This document shows, in pieces, positions 1 to 13,140 of a stretch of 64,000 nucleotides of DNA. The stretch is taken from contig OX597818.1 in the NCBI GenBank assembly GCA_951406725.2, positions 8,866,001 to 8,930,000 on the forward strand. The letters run 5' to 3'. This DNA is from Octopus vulgaris. Its lineage: Eukaryota. A program made the position numbers and the translations under genes. The notes below the pieces were generated by a model that saw only the letters and a list, made by a program, of their open reading frames with translations, was not told the DNA's origin and searched no databases. Within the stretch, counting starts at the first letter, position 1. Each line of letters starts with the position of its first letter.

Positions 1-29
1 AGGACACACGTTTTCCCAAATCGGCTCAG

Positions 30-62
<33 letters not shown>

Positions 63-109
63 CATGCACACGCACATATGAATGCGTATACCCAATACAT
101 ACATACATG

Positions 110-168
<59 letters not shown>

Positions 169-169
169 A

Positions 170-1165
170 ACGATAAAATTGTTAAAACTTTTATCAGTAG
201 CCAGCATATAAAAAAGATAGACGTGTTAAGGTGAAAACATAAATACAATTATAATTAATGGCATAGAAAAAATTCTTGCCTGCATGCTGAAATGAGTCAC
301 TAAATCGTCGAACCCCATTAAATATCATCACTATTATTTATTACACACGTGTCGAAAATCGAGTGAGCAAGCTAACGGAAATTCATAAAATGGTATCTCT
401 GCATCGGCCAATTTCTAGATTAACCCTAGAGGAAATAAATGAAATACTTATACATAGCCACAGAAAAGGAGATGCAAGGTCATGAATGCACATAAGTACC
501 CTGAATATATCCATATCAAATCACTCAGTAATCCTTGACATGTCTGTGGCCGGTCTAGAATAGCACATTAGTGGCTAGACTGTTCCGAATTGAATGGGAA
601 TTAATTAAATTATAATATAAAAGGATAAAATTGTTAGAAATTTTATCAGTAGCCAGCATATAAAAAGATAGACCTATTAAGGTGAAATCATAAATACAAT
701 CATAATTAAGGACATAGAAAAAAATGTTGCCTATATGCTGAAAGGGGAAGCTAAATCGTCGAACCACAATAAGCGGCATCAATATCATTATTACACACGT
801 GTCGAAAATCGAGGGAGCAAGCAAACGGAAATTCATAAAACTGAGTTATATCGTGATCGGCCAATTTCTGGATTAACCCAAAGGTTTTCTTTCGTCAGCA
901 GAGAATACTGAGAAAATAAACTAAATATTAATGCATACCCAGAGGAAAGCAGATGCATATAAGTACTCCAAATATATCCATATTGAAGTGCATAGCAAGC
1001 CTCGACACATGAGTAGCCGGTCAAGAATTTGTGTTCGCTTGCTTCCTCGATTGTCGACACGTGTGTAATAATAATAGTGAATATATCTAATGTGGTTCGA
1101 CGATTTAGCGTCTCCTTTCAGCATATAGGTAAGAATTTTCTTCTATGTTCTTAGTTATAATTGCA
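170..1165 (-). repeat. Diverged ~452-bp tandem repeat (about 2 units) plus a terminal inverted partial copy; decayed hammerhead-bearing retrozyme/pLTR-like element
   Basis: GATAAAATTGTTA...TTTTATCAGTAGCCAGCATATAAAAA starts at 172 and 624. 1028-1165 is the reverse complement of ~695-835. The minus strand at 904-849 reads TCTCTG-CTGACGA-...-GAAA-TTGGCCGA-TC. Flanked by (TA)n and (CA)n. Confidence 0.75.
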
Positions 1166-1196
1166 TACACACACATACACACACACACACACACAA

Positions 1197-1243
<47 letters not shown>

Positions 1244-1630
1244 CACACATATATATATGTATGTATGTTTGTACGTATGTATGTATTATTGACCTGTATG
1301 CGTATATAAAACACATATATATTTGAAAATCGTATACTTGAAAATTTATCCGTTTGTATTTTTGAAAGCTAAATATCTGTATTAATTCATGTACTCGAGG
1401 TAAATATGTAAAATCAATTCCGTTATGAATAAATTTCCATTACGCAAACGGAAGGGTTCAGTAATGTGTGTCTTGCAGGCACAATATTACATATAAATTT
1501 GTCATATCTATTCTTTACTTAATTCGAATGAACACAAGTTTTACAAGCATATTTTGTCATATATGTGTACATATACATGCATATATACATATACATACAC
1601 ATACAGACGTACTTTTACACATATATACGC

Positions 1631-1710
<80 letters not shown>

Positions 1711-1940
1711 GCACATACGCACACGTAACTTTATATAAATATATACACAAACCTACATTTTAAACGTATGTAAATATCTTAATGCAGTTCGTATATTTGC
1801 ACATTTAAACTTGTGTGTCACTATGTAGTGAGATGATTTGCTCTTTTAAATAGATCCTGTTTTTCTGACGATATTTTTCGCTGTAGAGTGGTGCCTTCTT
1901 CTTCTTCTTCCCCTCCCCTTCCTCGTCCCCTCCTCCTCCT

Positions 1941-1981
1941 CATTCTTCTTCTTCTTCTTCTTCTTCTTATTATTATTATTA

Positions 1982-2028
<47 letters not shown>

Positions 2029-2045
2029 ATTATTATTATTATTAT

Positions 2046-2086
<41 letters not shown>
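1941..2086. repeat. Compound (TTC)n(TTA)n(TAG)n microsatellite, representative of dozens of simple repeats in the window (e.g. 3147-3332, 30471-30670, 35226-35400, 47148-47340, 56783-57160)
   Basis: Directly visible; explains the poly-I/N/Y/L/S ORFs in the track. Confidence 0.98.
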
Positions 2087-3146
2087 TGTTTATTATTCAT
2101 GCTTCCATGCAGATATTATATTCTGTTTCTCTACAGTGTAATGTTGAATTTTATATAATTATTGCCCATTTTTTATTTCTATATTTACATGAATATTTCT
2201 TCAACGTTTAAACTGTAACTACATGAAAATCCTAGAAATATGCTAATTTCATGTATAGAAGCAAAAAAACGCGTCGATTTTTGGGATAAAATTCTTTCAG
2301 GCTATGATATCAGTAAGAATAAATTAGTTAATGAATTGTCTGATCCTAGATTTCAGAAAATTCCTTATTTGGTAACTGAAAAATTTCCGGCTCTTCGTTT
2401 GAACCAAACATTTCACATGCCACAATGTATTATTAAATGGAAGTGTGGTAATCTGTAGAAACTGTTCTGTGGGATTTATTTCGAAATAATTTGTTAGGCT
2501 CCTGTATGCTATATTCGACGAGCATCTGCAACAATTTAGCTATTACGAACTGTATACTATACATACAACTATCGGCTACTCTTGTGGGTGAGTGATAAAT
2601 TATAACTACAATGCAACAAAGAATGTTTTGTTCGTTATAATACTCGCATCTAAGCCAGATGAATACGTATGAGTGTGTATGTGTGTATGTGCGTGTGTGT
2701 TTTTCTTTATGCATTTGCCATCTTTTATGTGTTTTCTTACCTAAAATCCTTTCTAAATTGAATATTACGAGATGTTATTCGTGTAGCTACGAACAAGCCG
2801 GCCCTGTAAAAGTTTTATGTTGATAAGTAATCAGCTAGAACTGAATTACATAGGGCCCAGAATTAAATTATACTTTGTAGCGCCATCTATGAGTCGAGAT
2901 ATTAAAATCTGGTGACATTTAGAGACATTTATTCTTCATTAGCATTTATTCTTTTATTGAAGCTGTAAAATTTCATTAAAAATATCTTGAACTACTACCA
3001 ACTGCTTCAAGATTCCTTTTGGAAATAGATGCATGGGCTTTTGTTGGTTTTATTTCATCTTGTTAACAAGAAGAAATTAAGCTAAAACTTCACTTGAAAA
3101 CTTAAAGATTATCTGAATTAACTTATCCGCTTTTATAATTCAATGT

Positions 3147-3273
<127 letters not shown>

Positions 3274-3282
3274 CAGCAGCAA

Positions 3283-3315
<33 letters not shown>

Positions 3316-3834
3316 TAGCAGCAGTAGCAGTAGCATGAAGCTATGCCCCTGTCCTGAAAGAGAAAATTTTTTTGTAGTGAATATGCTTCAAAGCACAAAT
3401 TCCCATTTATAAAAAAAAAACAAAAAAACTTTTTCATTTGCTGAAGGTAATCGCACAGTCAGGCATAGAAAAACTACATTTCAAAGACGCCCGTTCAAGC
3501 AGGCATATGACCGACGATTGCTCAGCAATTTAAGTCCGACAGGTGATGGTATGAACAACAGGTTGTCGGGATAAGCAAAAATGCAGAAGTATGTTGTTAG
3601 TTTGTGTCCCACTGTCAGTAGGTTGTGCATAAGTAAGTCAGTAAATGTTTGTTTATCTGCCTTTTGGAAAAGTGTCAAATATAGCAGTGCAATGCCTGGG
3701 TGATGAAGTAGTCAATGAAAGTAAATGTTGAATCTGTCCACTATAAGGATTTCGTATATGTTGACATTGAATTCTTAATAAGTTTTTGAAAGACTATGTC
3801 CGACATAATATTAGTTACACACATTACATAAGGA

Positions 3835-4130
3835 TAAACAGTAATGACTCCCTTCGGTCATGAATGACCATGGGATTGCACCTAGAAACTTACTCTCTGA
3901 GGCAAGCTTATTTATGAAGACCAGCAGTCATGCATGCATAACAGCCTCCCCTCTCCACGCCACTGAAGGAAAGGAAAACGTAAATACAGCTTGGCACCAG
4001 TGACGTCGCACCTCAATTCTACAACTGAATGAACTGGGACAATGTATTATAAAGTGTTTCACTCAGAGAAACAAACTCACTACATCGTGATTGGGAGACC
4101 GGCGCTTTAACCATTGAGCCATGCGTCTTT
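3835..4130 (-). mobile_element. tRNA-derived SINE (family A)
   Basis: Shares CCTTCGGTCATGAATGACCATGGGATTGCACCTAGAAA...CAGCTTGGCACCAG...AACCATTGAGCCATGCG with copies at 6185 and 10795. tRNA-like head (TGGCTCAATGGTTA) lies at the right end on the minus strand. Confidence 0.75.
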
Positions 4131-4919
4131 ACGTTACATATAGCATTTTTTAAATAAATAGTTAATGTTTTAGAATGAAAATGTTTATGATTTTGATATA
4201 TACGAAGTAATTTTATGAGGCTGTTAGAGATTTTGCAGCTAAGTACACCGTACGGTTTGACTACTTTATTGGTCATCTGAGTTTGCTTAGGTTTTGTATG
4301 TCGAGAGTGTCTTCTCTAGATGTTCAGCTGAAAGTAAGAAAATATATAATAGAACGAAAATATATAATTAGGCACTTCATGTTCGGGTCAAGCATAGCCA
4401 CAGCCCAATGCCTAATATAAGTAAGTGTTAAACGAATAAAGAATATATATTTCTCTGTCTGTGTGTATTCGCGCATGTGTGTATATCTGTGTAACACGCA
4501 GATTTCTTAATAATTAAAAAGTATATCGCATCACAGAAAACATTTAAACTGAAATTAATTTACATTTAAATGTATTTTAAAATCTTACAAAATTTAATAA
4601 TATCCGCTTCGCATTATTTGGAAATTTAAGAGTATAAACTAAGAATAATGTTGAATGTCCCATTGGTAAATTTGATTGATTGTATCAGTATTAAGTTTAC
4701 AAAACTGTTAGATGTATATCTTCGTAAGGTATGACTTTTAAATATTTTCTAAATAAAAGAAAAATGCTTGTTTCATCCCCATTCATTAAAACATCTATAT
4801 CAAAGCAATCAATGCTTAAAAGCTTTGTATCTTTTTATCATTTTTGCCTTAACTAGTTTGCCATTATTTGCTATTAAAATTCCACTATTATTACTGGTGC
4901 ATCGTACCTTTTAAAATTT

Positions 4920-5128
4920 ATTGGTTTCTAATTGCGGCAAGAAGTCAGCAATTTGGTGATTGGAGTATGTCATTTAGATCCACCCTTGTAATCAACTTGT
5001 GCTTATTTTATCAATTCCGAAACGATGAGAAGTAAAGATAACCTCGGAGAATTTTGAACTCAGAACGTGAGAACAGACAAAGTTGCACTAAGCATTTTGT
5101 GAGACGTACTAACGTTCTGCCAGCTCCC
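4920..5128 (-). mobile_element. Degenerate tRNA-derived SINE (family B, Meta-domain-like)
   Basis: Reverse-complement match to the 16231-16372 SINE (GGAGCTGGCAGAACGTTAG...TTCTGAGTTCAAAATTCTCCGAGGT). Confidence 0.65.
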
Positions 5129-6184
5129 TTGATGTCTATTATTTATCGTGTTTGACTCCAGTCAGCTTATATTAAATTTAACATATGCTATAAATTGATT
5201 TTGTTCTTGTTGCTTAGTTGCATGTCAAATCTGATCGAATAAACCTAGACTCAAAGACGATCCAGCCACAGCCATCACATGTAGTTTTGATTTAAATGAC
5301 ACAGTTTGCCTTTATGTCATGTTTTTCTAATGTTTTTGTTTTTGTTTTTGCTTTTTGTAAACCGAAGTAATTTTACCGCTGTGCTTGAAGTTCGAATGAC
5401 CGCTTAGAAACACCAATATTGGTTCATATTTGTAGTCCAATGTTGTAGTTACACTAAAGTTTCATCCAGGAGGGATATGCTGATTATAATTTCATTAATA
5501 TTCAATGCTTCATTAAATAGGATATAATGATTTGCTTATATATAATGCGCAGCTGGCAGCTACTTCAAGTAATTTAATCATGCTATAGAAACTGTGTTTA
5601 TGTACTATACTGTACAATGCAATATATATAGAGTTTAAACAAAACAAACAGATGTAAGCAAGTCATAGCTATTATCCACTATCTTCGTTGACAATACAAA
5701 AAGAACAATGTTACCATTTTCATTCACATGTAGAGATTTCAAGATCGAACGATTACCCTGACGGAGACACCGCTTATAAATTTGTTATCACTAAAGTTTG
5801 ATGTATACCTGAGAATATCATTTGCATATATGATGAATTTTAGGCAATTTAATCAAATTTGTTTGCACGTTCGTCTATCAGATTTATTTAACCTACTTGG
5901 TCTATTAGCAGTGTCGCCATCGACAGTTAAAATGAGTAAGCAGGTGCTAAAAAGTCCGAATCATAAAACTAAGGCTAATTTGGATGATCCTGCTTTCTAC
6001 TGTCCACTGGCATCATTTATATAAAGGCAAAGTTTTTAACAAACTCTGGTTTAAAGAGTGTCAGATGAAATGTCCAATTACATTTTGTCGCGCAGTATGT
6101 TGACATTGAATTCTCAATAAGTTTTTGAAAGAACATGTCGTTTCTTTGTCCGACATAATATCAGTTACACACATTACATAAGGA

Positions 6185-6500
6185 TAAACGGTAATGACCC
6201 CTTTCGGTCGTGAATGACCATGGGATTGCACCTAGAAAGTTAAACTCCGACGCAAGATTATTTATGAAGACCAGCAGTCGCGCATGTATTATAGCCTCCC
6301 CTCTCCACGCGACTGAAGGAAAGGAAAACGTCGATACAGCTTGGCACCAGCGACGTCGCACCTCATTTCTACAACTAAGTGAACTGGGGCAATGTGACAT
6401 AAAATAATGTGAAACAAAGCACAGCCCGGTCAGAGAAACGAACTCACTACATCATGATTAGGAGACCGGCTCTTTAACCATTGAGCCATACGCCTTCACA
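6185..6500 (-). mobile_element. tRNA-derived SINE (family A), inside a local duplication
   Basis: Same family as 3835-4130, and the flanks are duplicated as well. Confidence 0.75.
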
Positions 6501-8217
6501 TTACATATAGCATTTTTTAAATAAATAGTTAATGTTTTAGAATGAAAATGTTTATGATTTTGATATATACGAAGTATCCTTTATGTGGCTGGTAGAGATT
6601 TTGTAGCTACGTACACCATATCTTCTGACTACTTTATAGATCATCTGGATTGCATGGCATATTTTTCTTTATAATACTAAGCACGTTGCAAACCAATATC
6701 GCACACGACATACCTGAGTATTTCTGGGGGGGGGGGGGACGTTCAAGCACAATCAGTGCAACTAGTATCTAGGGAGTCACATTAAGTTCTTTCTACCTTG
6801 TATAGCGGTGTATTTAAAAGATGCTGATCTTCAACAAGTTTTGAGAAACAAAATGTTCATGAAATAAATTCTTCTAATCAGGATGCTTCGTTATTGTAAC
6901 TTGTATGGGAAAGTAGTTGAAACAGTATTTACTAGTACACAAAAACAAATTTTATGCCAATGTATACAGTCCAAAGAAACAGACGATGATATGAAAAAGA
7001 TAAATATCAATACGACGTAATGAAAGTGTTTGAGGATGATGTAATACCGGTGCAATACTATTAAGCAAAAACAATGTAAATTGTCTACAGAAAATATTAT
7101 TTCATTTTATTGAGTTAATATTTACATTGCTAGAACATCCATTGGTTTTGTTTATCTAAAATGCCCCGAGATACTAATTTGGAAACATGAACATGTAGAG
7201 AAAATCAATATCCTATCCTATAATATACGCAATACCATCGCAATATACACCATAAATGTGTTTGGGGTGAGTGACGCACGTTTCTAGTGGCAGGAAAAAG
7301 TGAGGGAATATAGGATGGAATAGATAATTTCAAGTAAATCTCTCACGATAATCACAACATAAACTTACTCCCAACTATGTTAGCAAAGAATTTGAAAAGA
7401 ATTTTATTCGTAGATATAAATTTTCACAGTCAAATACATTGCTGAGAATGCAAGGAATGACTAAGACTTCGGAATGGTATATGGAACTTTGAGAAAGCCA
7501 AGTTAAAATTTCAATTTTGGAACTAATAAATATATATTTTTATCCGCAACTTATATGATGCTAGGTAACACTAAAATTTAAAATTTTAAATACTTTACTG
7601 ATGCATTAACCCAATAGTGCTGTATCTGATAGGGGTCCATTAACTGAACTAAAATACAACTTCAAGTTAAAAACAACAGATACTAGATGGTTAGAAAAGA
7701 CACCAATTGATTCATTGGCAAAATATTTGAGCTTGACATACCGTACGTTAAGAGGAGTAGATTACATTAAATGGAGAAAATTATATGGGTTTTCATTTTT
7801 TCCTTCGATGATTCGTTTTAATTCGCCTGTTCCACTGAGCTTTGAGTAGAAGTGATATTGATTGATTGATTCTAGTTTCAGCTCATGAGCTGTGGCCATG
7901 CTGGGGCACTGTGTTTTTTTGTTGGAGCATTATAAATAGATAATAAATTAATGAAATCATCTTGGTATGAGAGAGAACAGGGGAGAAGTTGGTATGGTAC
8001 TAATAGTTCACCTCTCAAGCGAACAGGGGAGAAGTTGGTATAGGGCAAATAGTTCGAGTCTCATAACTAAAACTGGTATATAAAACAGTTATGACCAAAG
8101 GGCTAAAACAGCAGGAGAATAAATTATTTCCGGGGATTCAATGCTTCATTCCAGATCGTTCTTCAAGGAAAAGACTTTTATCGAAAGAATATTTTTCAGT
8201 AATTCATGTGTGTGTTT

Positions 8218-8258
<41 letters not shown>

Positions 8259-8848
8259 GTTAAGATCCAAGGATCAAGGTGTAGGAAGTTAGTATGCTTC
8301 GAGTAGTCCGTAGAAGGTATAAAACAACAACTTTCAGGAATGATAGTAGTTTATTGACGTAGAAGGTTGTAAAGTTTCCGATATCGAATTTCGATAAGCT
8401 AAAAAGAGTTATTTCATAACTTAAGGTTAGCAGCTGGTATTGCTCTGTATGCGAATAAAAATCCGAAATCAGGAGATAAAATCCAGTCTACATATGCTTC
8501 ACTGCTAAACGAACCTCGGAAGTAGAGAAATATCTGAATTTGTAAAGGAAGAGAAAAAGAATACGGAAAAGAAAAGGAAAAAGGGCTGAGTAGGGGTAAA
8601 AATACGCTTTCCTTTCTCTTCCTTAACTTTCCACGCTTTATCGATCGAATTTCTAGCGAGTTCGTTATATGATTTGTTTTCAAATATGCATATAAGGAAG
8701 TCATTCCAAATTTCATTAGATTCAGGTCTTTTTGACCCAATGAGTAGCTAGCGGATTACCCTTCTTTTGAGCAATTAATACTTCCGAGGTTCTGCTAGCT
8801 ATGAAACATATGTAGCCTGATATTTCATTTATTCCAAAACCTAATTCT

Positions 8849-8930
<82 letters not shown>

Positions 8931-8952
8931 CTGTGTGTGTATATATAAGTAT

Positions 8953-8985
<33 letters not shown>

Positions 8986-9040
8986 AATATTAAAATTACT
9001 AAGTCTCTCTAAAAGAGATTACGGCAGCGTTACTGGAAAT

Positions 9041-9276
9041 TAATTGTTATCGCCATATTAATATGGCAGTCTTATAGATATAAGACTAAAAGCTGTCGCT
9101 GATTAGCTCCATGACTAGCAGTGTGAAGCGGCTGACCTCCCTTGTCCGAAGGTTATAATGGACACAGTTTGTGTGTCAAATAGCTATCTTAAGGCGATGG
9201 CCTCATGGAGCTAATCAGCGACAGCTTTTAGTCTTATATCTATAAGACTGCCATATTAATATGGCGATAACAATTA
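9041..9276. repeat. Perfect 74-bp inverted repeat with an 88-bp spacer, between (TA)n tracts
   Basis: 9041-9114 (TAATTGTTATCGCC...GATTAGCTCCATGA) is the exact reverse complement of 9203-9276. Confidence 0.95.
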
Positions 9277-9277
9277 G

Positions 9278-9348
<71 letters not shown>

Positions 9349-9389
9349 GCATATATATATATATGTATAAATATATATTTATATACTCT

Positions 9390-9614
9390 TTCTCTTTTAC
9401 TCTTTTACTTGTTTCAGTCATTTGACTGCGGCCATGCTGGAGCACCGCCTTTTAGTCGAGCAAATCGACCCCGGGACTTATTCTTTATAACCCCAGTACT
9501 TATTATATCGGTCTCTTTTGCCGAACCGCTAAGTGACGGGGATGTAAACACACCAGCATCGGTTGTCAAGCAATGCTAGGGGGACAAACACAGACACACA
9601 AACACAGACACAGA

Positions 9615-9668
<54 letters not shown>

Positions 9669-9826
9669 CGACAGGCTTCTTTCAGTTTCCGTCTACCAAA
9701 TCCACTCACAAGGCATTGGTCGGCCTGGGGCTATAGCAGAAGACACTTGCCCAAGATGCCACGCAGTGGGACTGAACCCGGAACCATGTGGTTGGTTAGC
9801 AAGCTACTTACCTCACAGCCACTCCT
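9390..9826 (-). mobile_element. Full-length tRNA-derived SINE (family C) with an internal (TA)n
   Basis: Minus-strand head AGGAGTGGCTGTGAGGTAAGTAGCTTGCT...GGTTCCGGGTTCAGTCCC (Pol III box A/B-like); tail ...GAAACAAGTAAAAGAGTAAAAGAG. A partial copy lies at 45280-45445. Confidence 0.8.
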
Positions 9827-10118
9827 ATATTTATATATATATATATATACAAATATAGATATATAGATGCATATATATATATATACCTGTATATATATAT
9901 ACAGAGAGAGATAGTGTGCGTACGTGCATGTGTATGTGTGTGTGTGTATGAAAGAGAGAGGCGACGAAAAATTCCTGGCTTTGAGTACAAGAAAATATAG
10001 ACTCACGCACACATTGCAGCATTCCTTCTGGGAGTTGCACTGGAATTCTTTACATCGTTCTCCAGCCACAAGGGAGCAGTGCAGAATTATGCCCAAAAGA
10101 TTGCCGAGATGAATAATG

Positions 10119-10150
<32 letters not shown>

Positions 10151-10154
10151 CGTA

Positions 10155-10312
10155 CGAGTGATACTGAAAAGTTTAAGGTTACCATGAAAGACTTGGTTAA
10201 AAGCCCAACATTCCGAATTCTTTTACAGAGCATATAAGAACAGAAGGAGTGCTGCAATATGTAAATTTGCATTTTCCTGTACAAAAAGCCAAGAACTTTT
10301 CACCAACTCTCG
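10155..10312. mobile_element. Tc1/mariner-type MITE
   Basis: TA|CGAGTGATACTGAAAAGTT ... AACTTTTCACCAACTCTCG|TA: imperfect TIRs with a TA target duplication. Confidence 0.7.
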
Positions 10313-10337
10313 TATATATACGTATATATACCTACTA

Positions 10338-10729
10338 AAGTTCGAAAATAGATTAAGGTTGTTCATCTTTTTTTTTTCAGTCTGCGGAGAAATTGCTAAA
10401 ATTTTCCCTGTTTATAATTATACCATTTGTTACATATTTCTTATATCATACCTTGATACTGTATGGACAAAGATCCCCGTTGACAGGCCGCTGGTGTTTA
10501 TAGAGTATTAATTTCGGTATGGCTATTAGGGACTCTTTCATAGAGTAACTGCTGCTTTTGCTGAATGTATAAAAGATTTGGCTGCTTGTTTCTCCGGAGA
10601 CTGTCAAAATGATGTAGACGCCTCTGATGAGAACTCAATAAGGTTCGAAAATCGATTAAGGCTGTTCAAAATTTTTTCAGTCTGCGGAGAAATGACTAAA
10701 GATTGCCTTGTTTATAATTATACCATGTG

Positions 10730-10735
<6 letters not shown>
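10338..10735 (+). repeat. ~303-bp unit, 1.3 copies (pLTR/retrozyme-like)
   Basis: TTCGAAAAT.GATTAAGG.TGTTCA...TTTTTTCAGTCTGCGGAGAAAT...TGTTTATAATTATACCAT at 10341 and 10644; an older copy lies at ~19500-19670. Confidence 0.8.
10620..10662 (+). ncRNA. Minimal type I hammerhead ribozyme
   Basis: GCCT-CTGATGA-GAAC(TCAATAAG)GTTC-GAAA-ATCGAT-TA/AGGC. Complete core, 4-bp stems I and II, palindromic stem III, predicted cleavage after 10658. Confidence 0.85.
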
Positions 10736-10769
<34 letters not shown>

Positions 10770-10794
10770 GTGTGTGTGTGTGTGCAAGAGATAA

Positions 10795-11120
10795 AAAGTA
10801 AAGATACCCTTCGGTCATGAATCACCATGGGGTTGCATCTAGAAACGTACATCTGGGGAAAAGTCCGGCATGTTTGTTTATGGAAGAACAACAGTCACCC
10901 ATGCATAGCAGGCCCCCGCTCTCCACGCCACCGATGTTGTCCAAGGGAATGGAAAACTCCGATACAACTTCGCACCAGTGGTGATGCAACTCATTTCTAC
11001 AGCTGAGTGACCTGGAGCAACGTGAAATTAAGTGTCTTGCTCAAGAACACAGCACACAGACCGACCTGACAACCGAACTCCTTACATCATGATTTGAGTT
11101 CCTTCCTCTAACCACTGCGC
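10795..11120 (-). mobile_element. tRNA-derived SINE (family A)
   Basis: Homologous to 3835-4130 and 6185-6500. Confidence 0.75.
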
Positions 11121-12729
11121 TTTGATACATCTATACACACACATACATACCTAGACAGCATCAATATATGTGTCTATATGTGTGAGCGGGTGTACTTTTA
11201 CTTTGATTTATATTTATATTCTTAAGATAGTCTAAGGCGATCGATTGTGGTGTGATGCCTGATTTCCCTCCAACTTTCTGTGTAGACTGGCCATTCCAGT
11301 TAGCTTTGTGTTGCATGAGACAGCTGTATTCATAGAGTACGTGCTCAGTAGATTTAAGTTTTGAATATGGATATAATGAAATCATTCCTTTGTTTACTGT
11401 TCAGCAGTTATAGTCTGTATTATATAATGCGACATTGAAAAGCAGTTTGGACCGACCTTGTTCCTCTATCGCCATCACTTCGTCTAAACATAGATCCTAT
11501 TGGTGTTGCTGTTGCTATGGAAGTTGCCAGTGTTGGTTAGTGCCTTTCAAAGTTTGATGTCGAGCCTGCTGATCTCGTCAAATGTCCAGTCCAGTAGCCC
11601 AAATGTGGATACTAGTCACACAGAAAAAAAGCTCTGTGAGAGAATATTTGTTTCAATACAAACTGCTCTGAGTTGCATATTTTCCCTTTTAAATATATGT
11701 GGATATATCTAGAACAGAATTAGAAGAAATTTTATAGGCAATCACCAAACAAACTCTACCTCTATGAAACAGGAAAGTTAAAATATACATATATACGAAG
11801 TAAATTGTATAGAAAAACAATCAATACATACAGAGAAACATATAATTATACAACCTTTACTCAAATAATTTTGTGAACTTTAAAGCACAAGGGAAACAAT
11901 TTTCTGTACTAACAAAGTTGTTGCACGCCTGACCAATAGTTCCAATCTTACAAATACAAATGAAAAATACCTAGAATAACATCGGAAACAAGTAAATGTA
12001 AGAACAGCCTAAACTTACAACTTATATACATTCTTTTGTGTAAGAAAGTTGATAACCCCAATTGCAAAGGGCTGAAATAATGGACTTTGTACGTTTGATA
12101 TTTATATTTTCAAAACAAAAAGTATTAGATACAGTATTACCAAAAACAAGATAAATACTGCCAAACCTTGTGCCTACCTAACAAAAGCAAAACACCTACA
12201 GGCTTGCTTTACAATGTTCTGCATGACTCTATACATTCTAAACTCAAAATTAATCAAACATTTTTCTAAAACATCTTATCATAACAACCACCCATGCAAA
12301 CTTAACTGACACACCACTCAAACCCTCACACCCAAACATGATTGTAACTTAATAAATACTATATAAAGGCAAAATTTAATTTAATGCATTGCAGTGCAAA
12401 TGCGATGGCTCTGCATGCCGAATCTTCGAAGTCAACGTCACTAAAATTCTTTTATGCGAATAATACGAACGCACACAAACACACATCAAACACAGAGAAA
12501 TAAGCTCCTCTTATAGGGATGTAAAACATCCAATTTTCACTGGTTAACTGTTCAATACCTAATACATAATAATTCTTAGAAAAAATTCTTCAATATAAAT
12601 GGGCATATATATACACAATATACAAAATAAAAGGAAAATAGAGAATTGAAATTGAAGTATGTTAATTTATTAACATAATATTATATTACTATTACAATAA
12701 TATTAATATAAAAACATAATGATTAATAT

Positions 12730-12995
12730 AAGTACAATCCCTACAATTGCTTAGATTCTTATCCCAAAACCAACAAAAAATTTTTAAATTCATACCATGG
12801 AAATATTTTGAGGTAAGAGTCTCATCAGGTTAACGGAAGAAAATCACATGTGAGAAGTTTAAAATCACGAAAGAGACTGAATCAATATATTAATCCAGTC
12901 TGTTTTGCGATTTTATATATTTCCATAATATGAATTTAATAAATTCTTGTTGGTTTTCTTGTTTGAATTGAAACAATTGTAGGGACTGCATTTAT
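12730..12995. repeat. Diverged inverted repeat with a decayed hammerhead
   Basis: 12730-12806 is inverted at 12917-12995. The minus strand has CTGATGA-GACTC (12828-12817). The right arm has GAAA-CAATTG-TA at 12970. Confidence 0.6.
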
Positions 12996-13037
12996 TCTAT
13001 TTTTATATTTTCATATAATAATAATAATAATAATAAT

Positions 13038-13078
<41 letters not shown>

Positions 13079-13140
13079 TAATAACAATAATAATAATTAT
13101 AATAATGATAATAATAATAATAATAATAATGATAATAATA

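Noticed and set aside
2876-2895. CTCF-like motif AGCGCCATCTATG (also ~27599)
   Set aside because: Short partial match with no supporting evidence.
8115-8175. Minus-strand TTGAAGA...GAAATAATTTATT as a hammerhead
   Set aside because: Stems I and II do not pair convincingly.
8240-8850. ORFs 8414-8740 and 8722-8958 as a gene
   Set aside because: Microsatellite-bounded and broken. Possibly a retroelement 3' remnant, but no diagnostic motif was found.
9760-9826. tRNA gene
   Set aside because: It is a SINE head: no full cloverleaf, and it continues into the SINE body.
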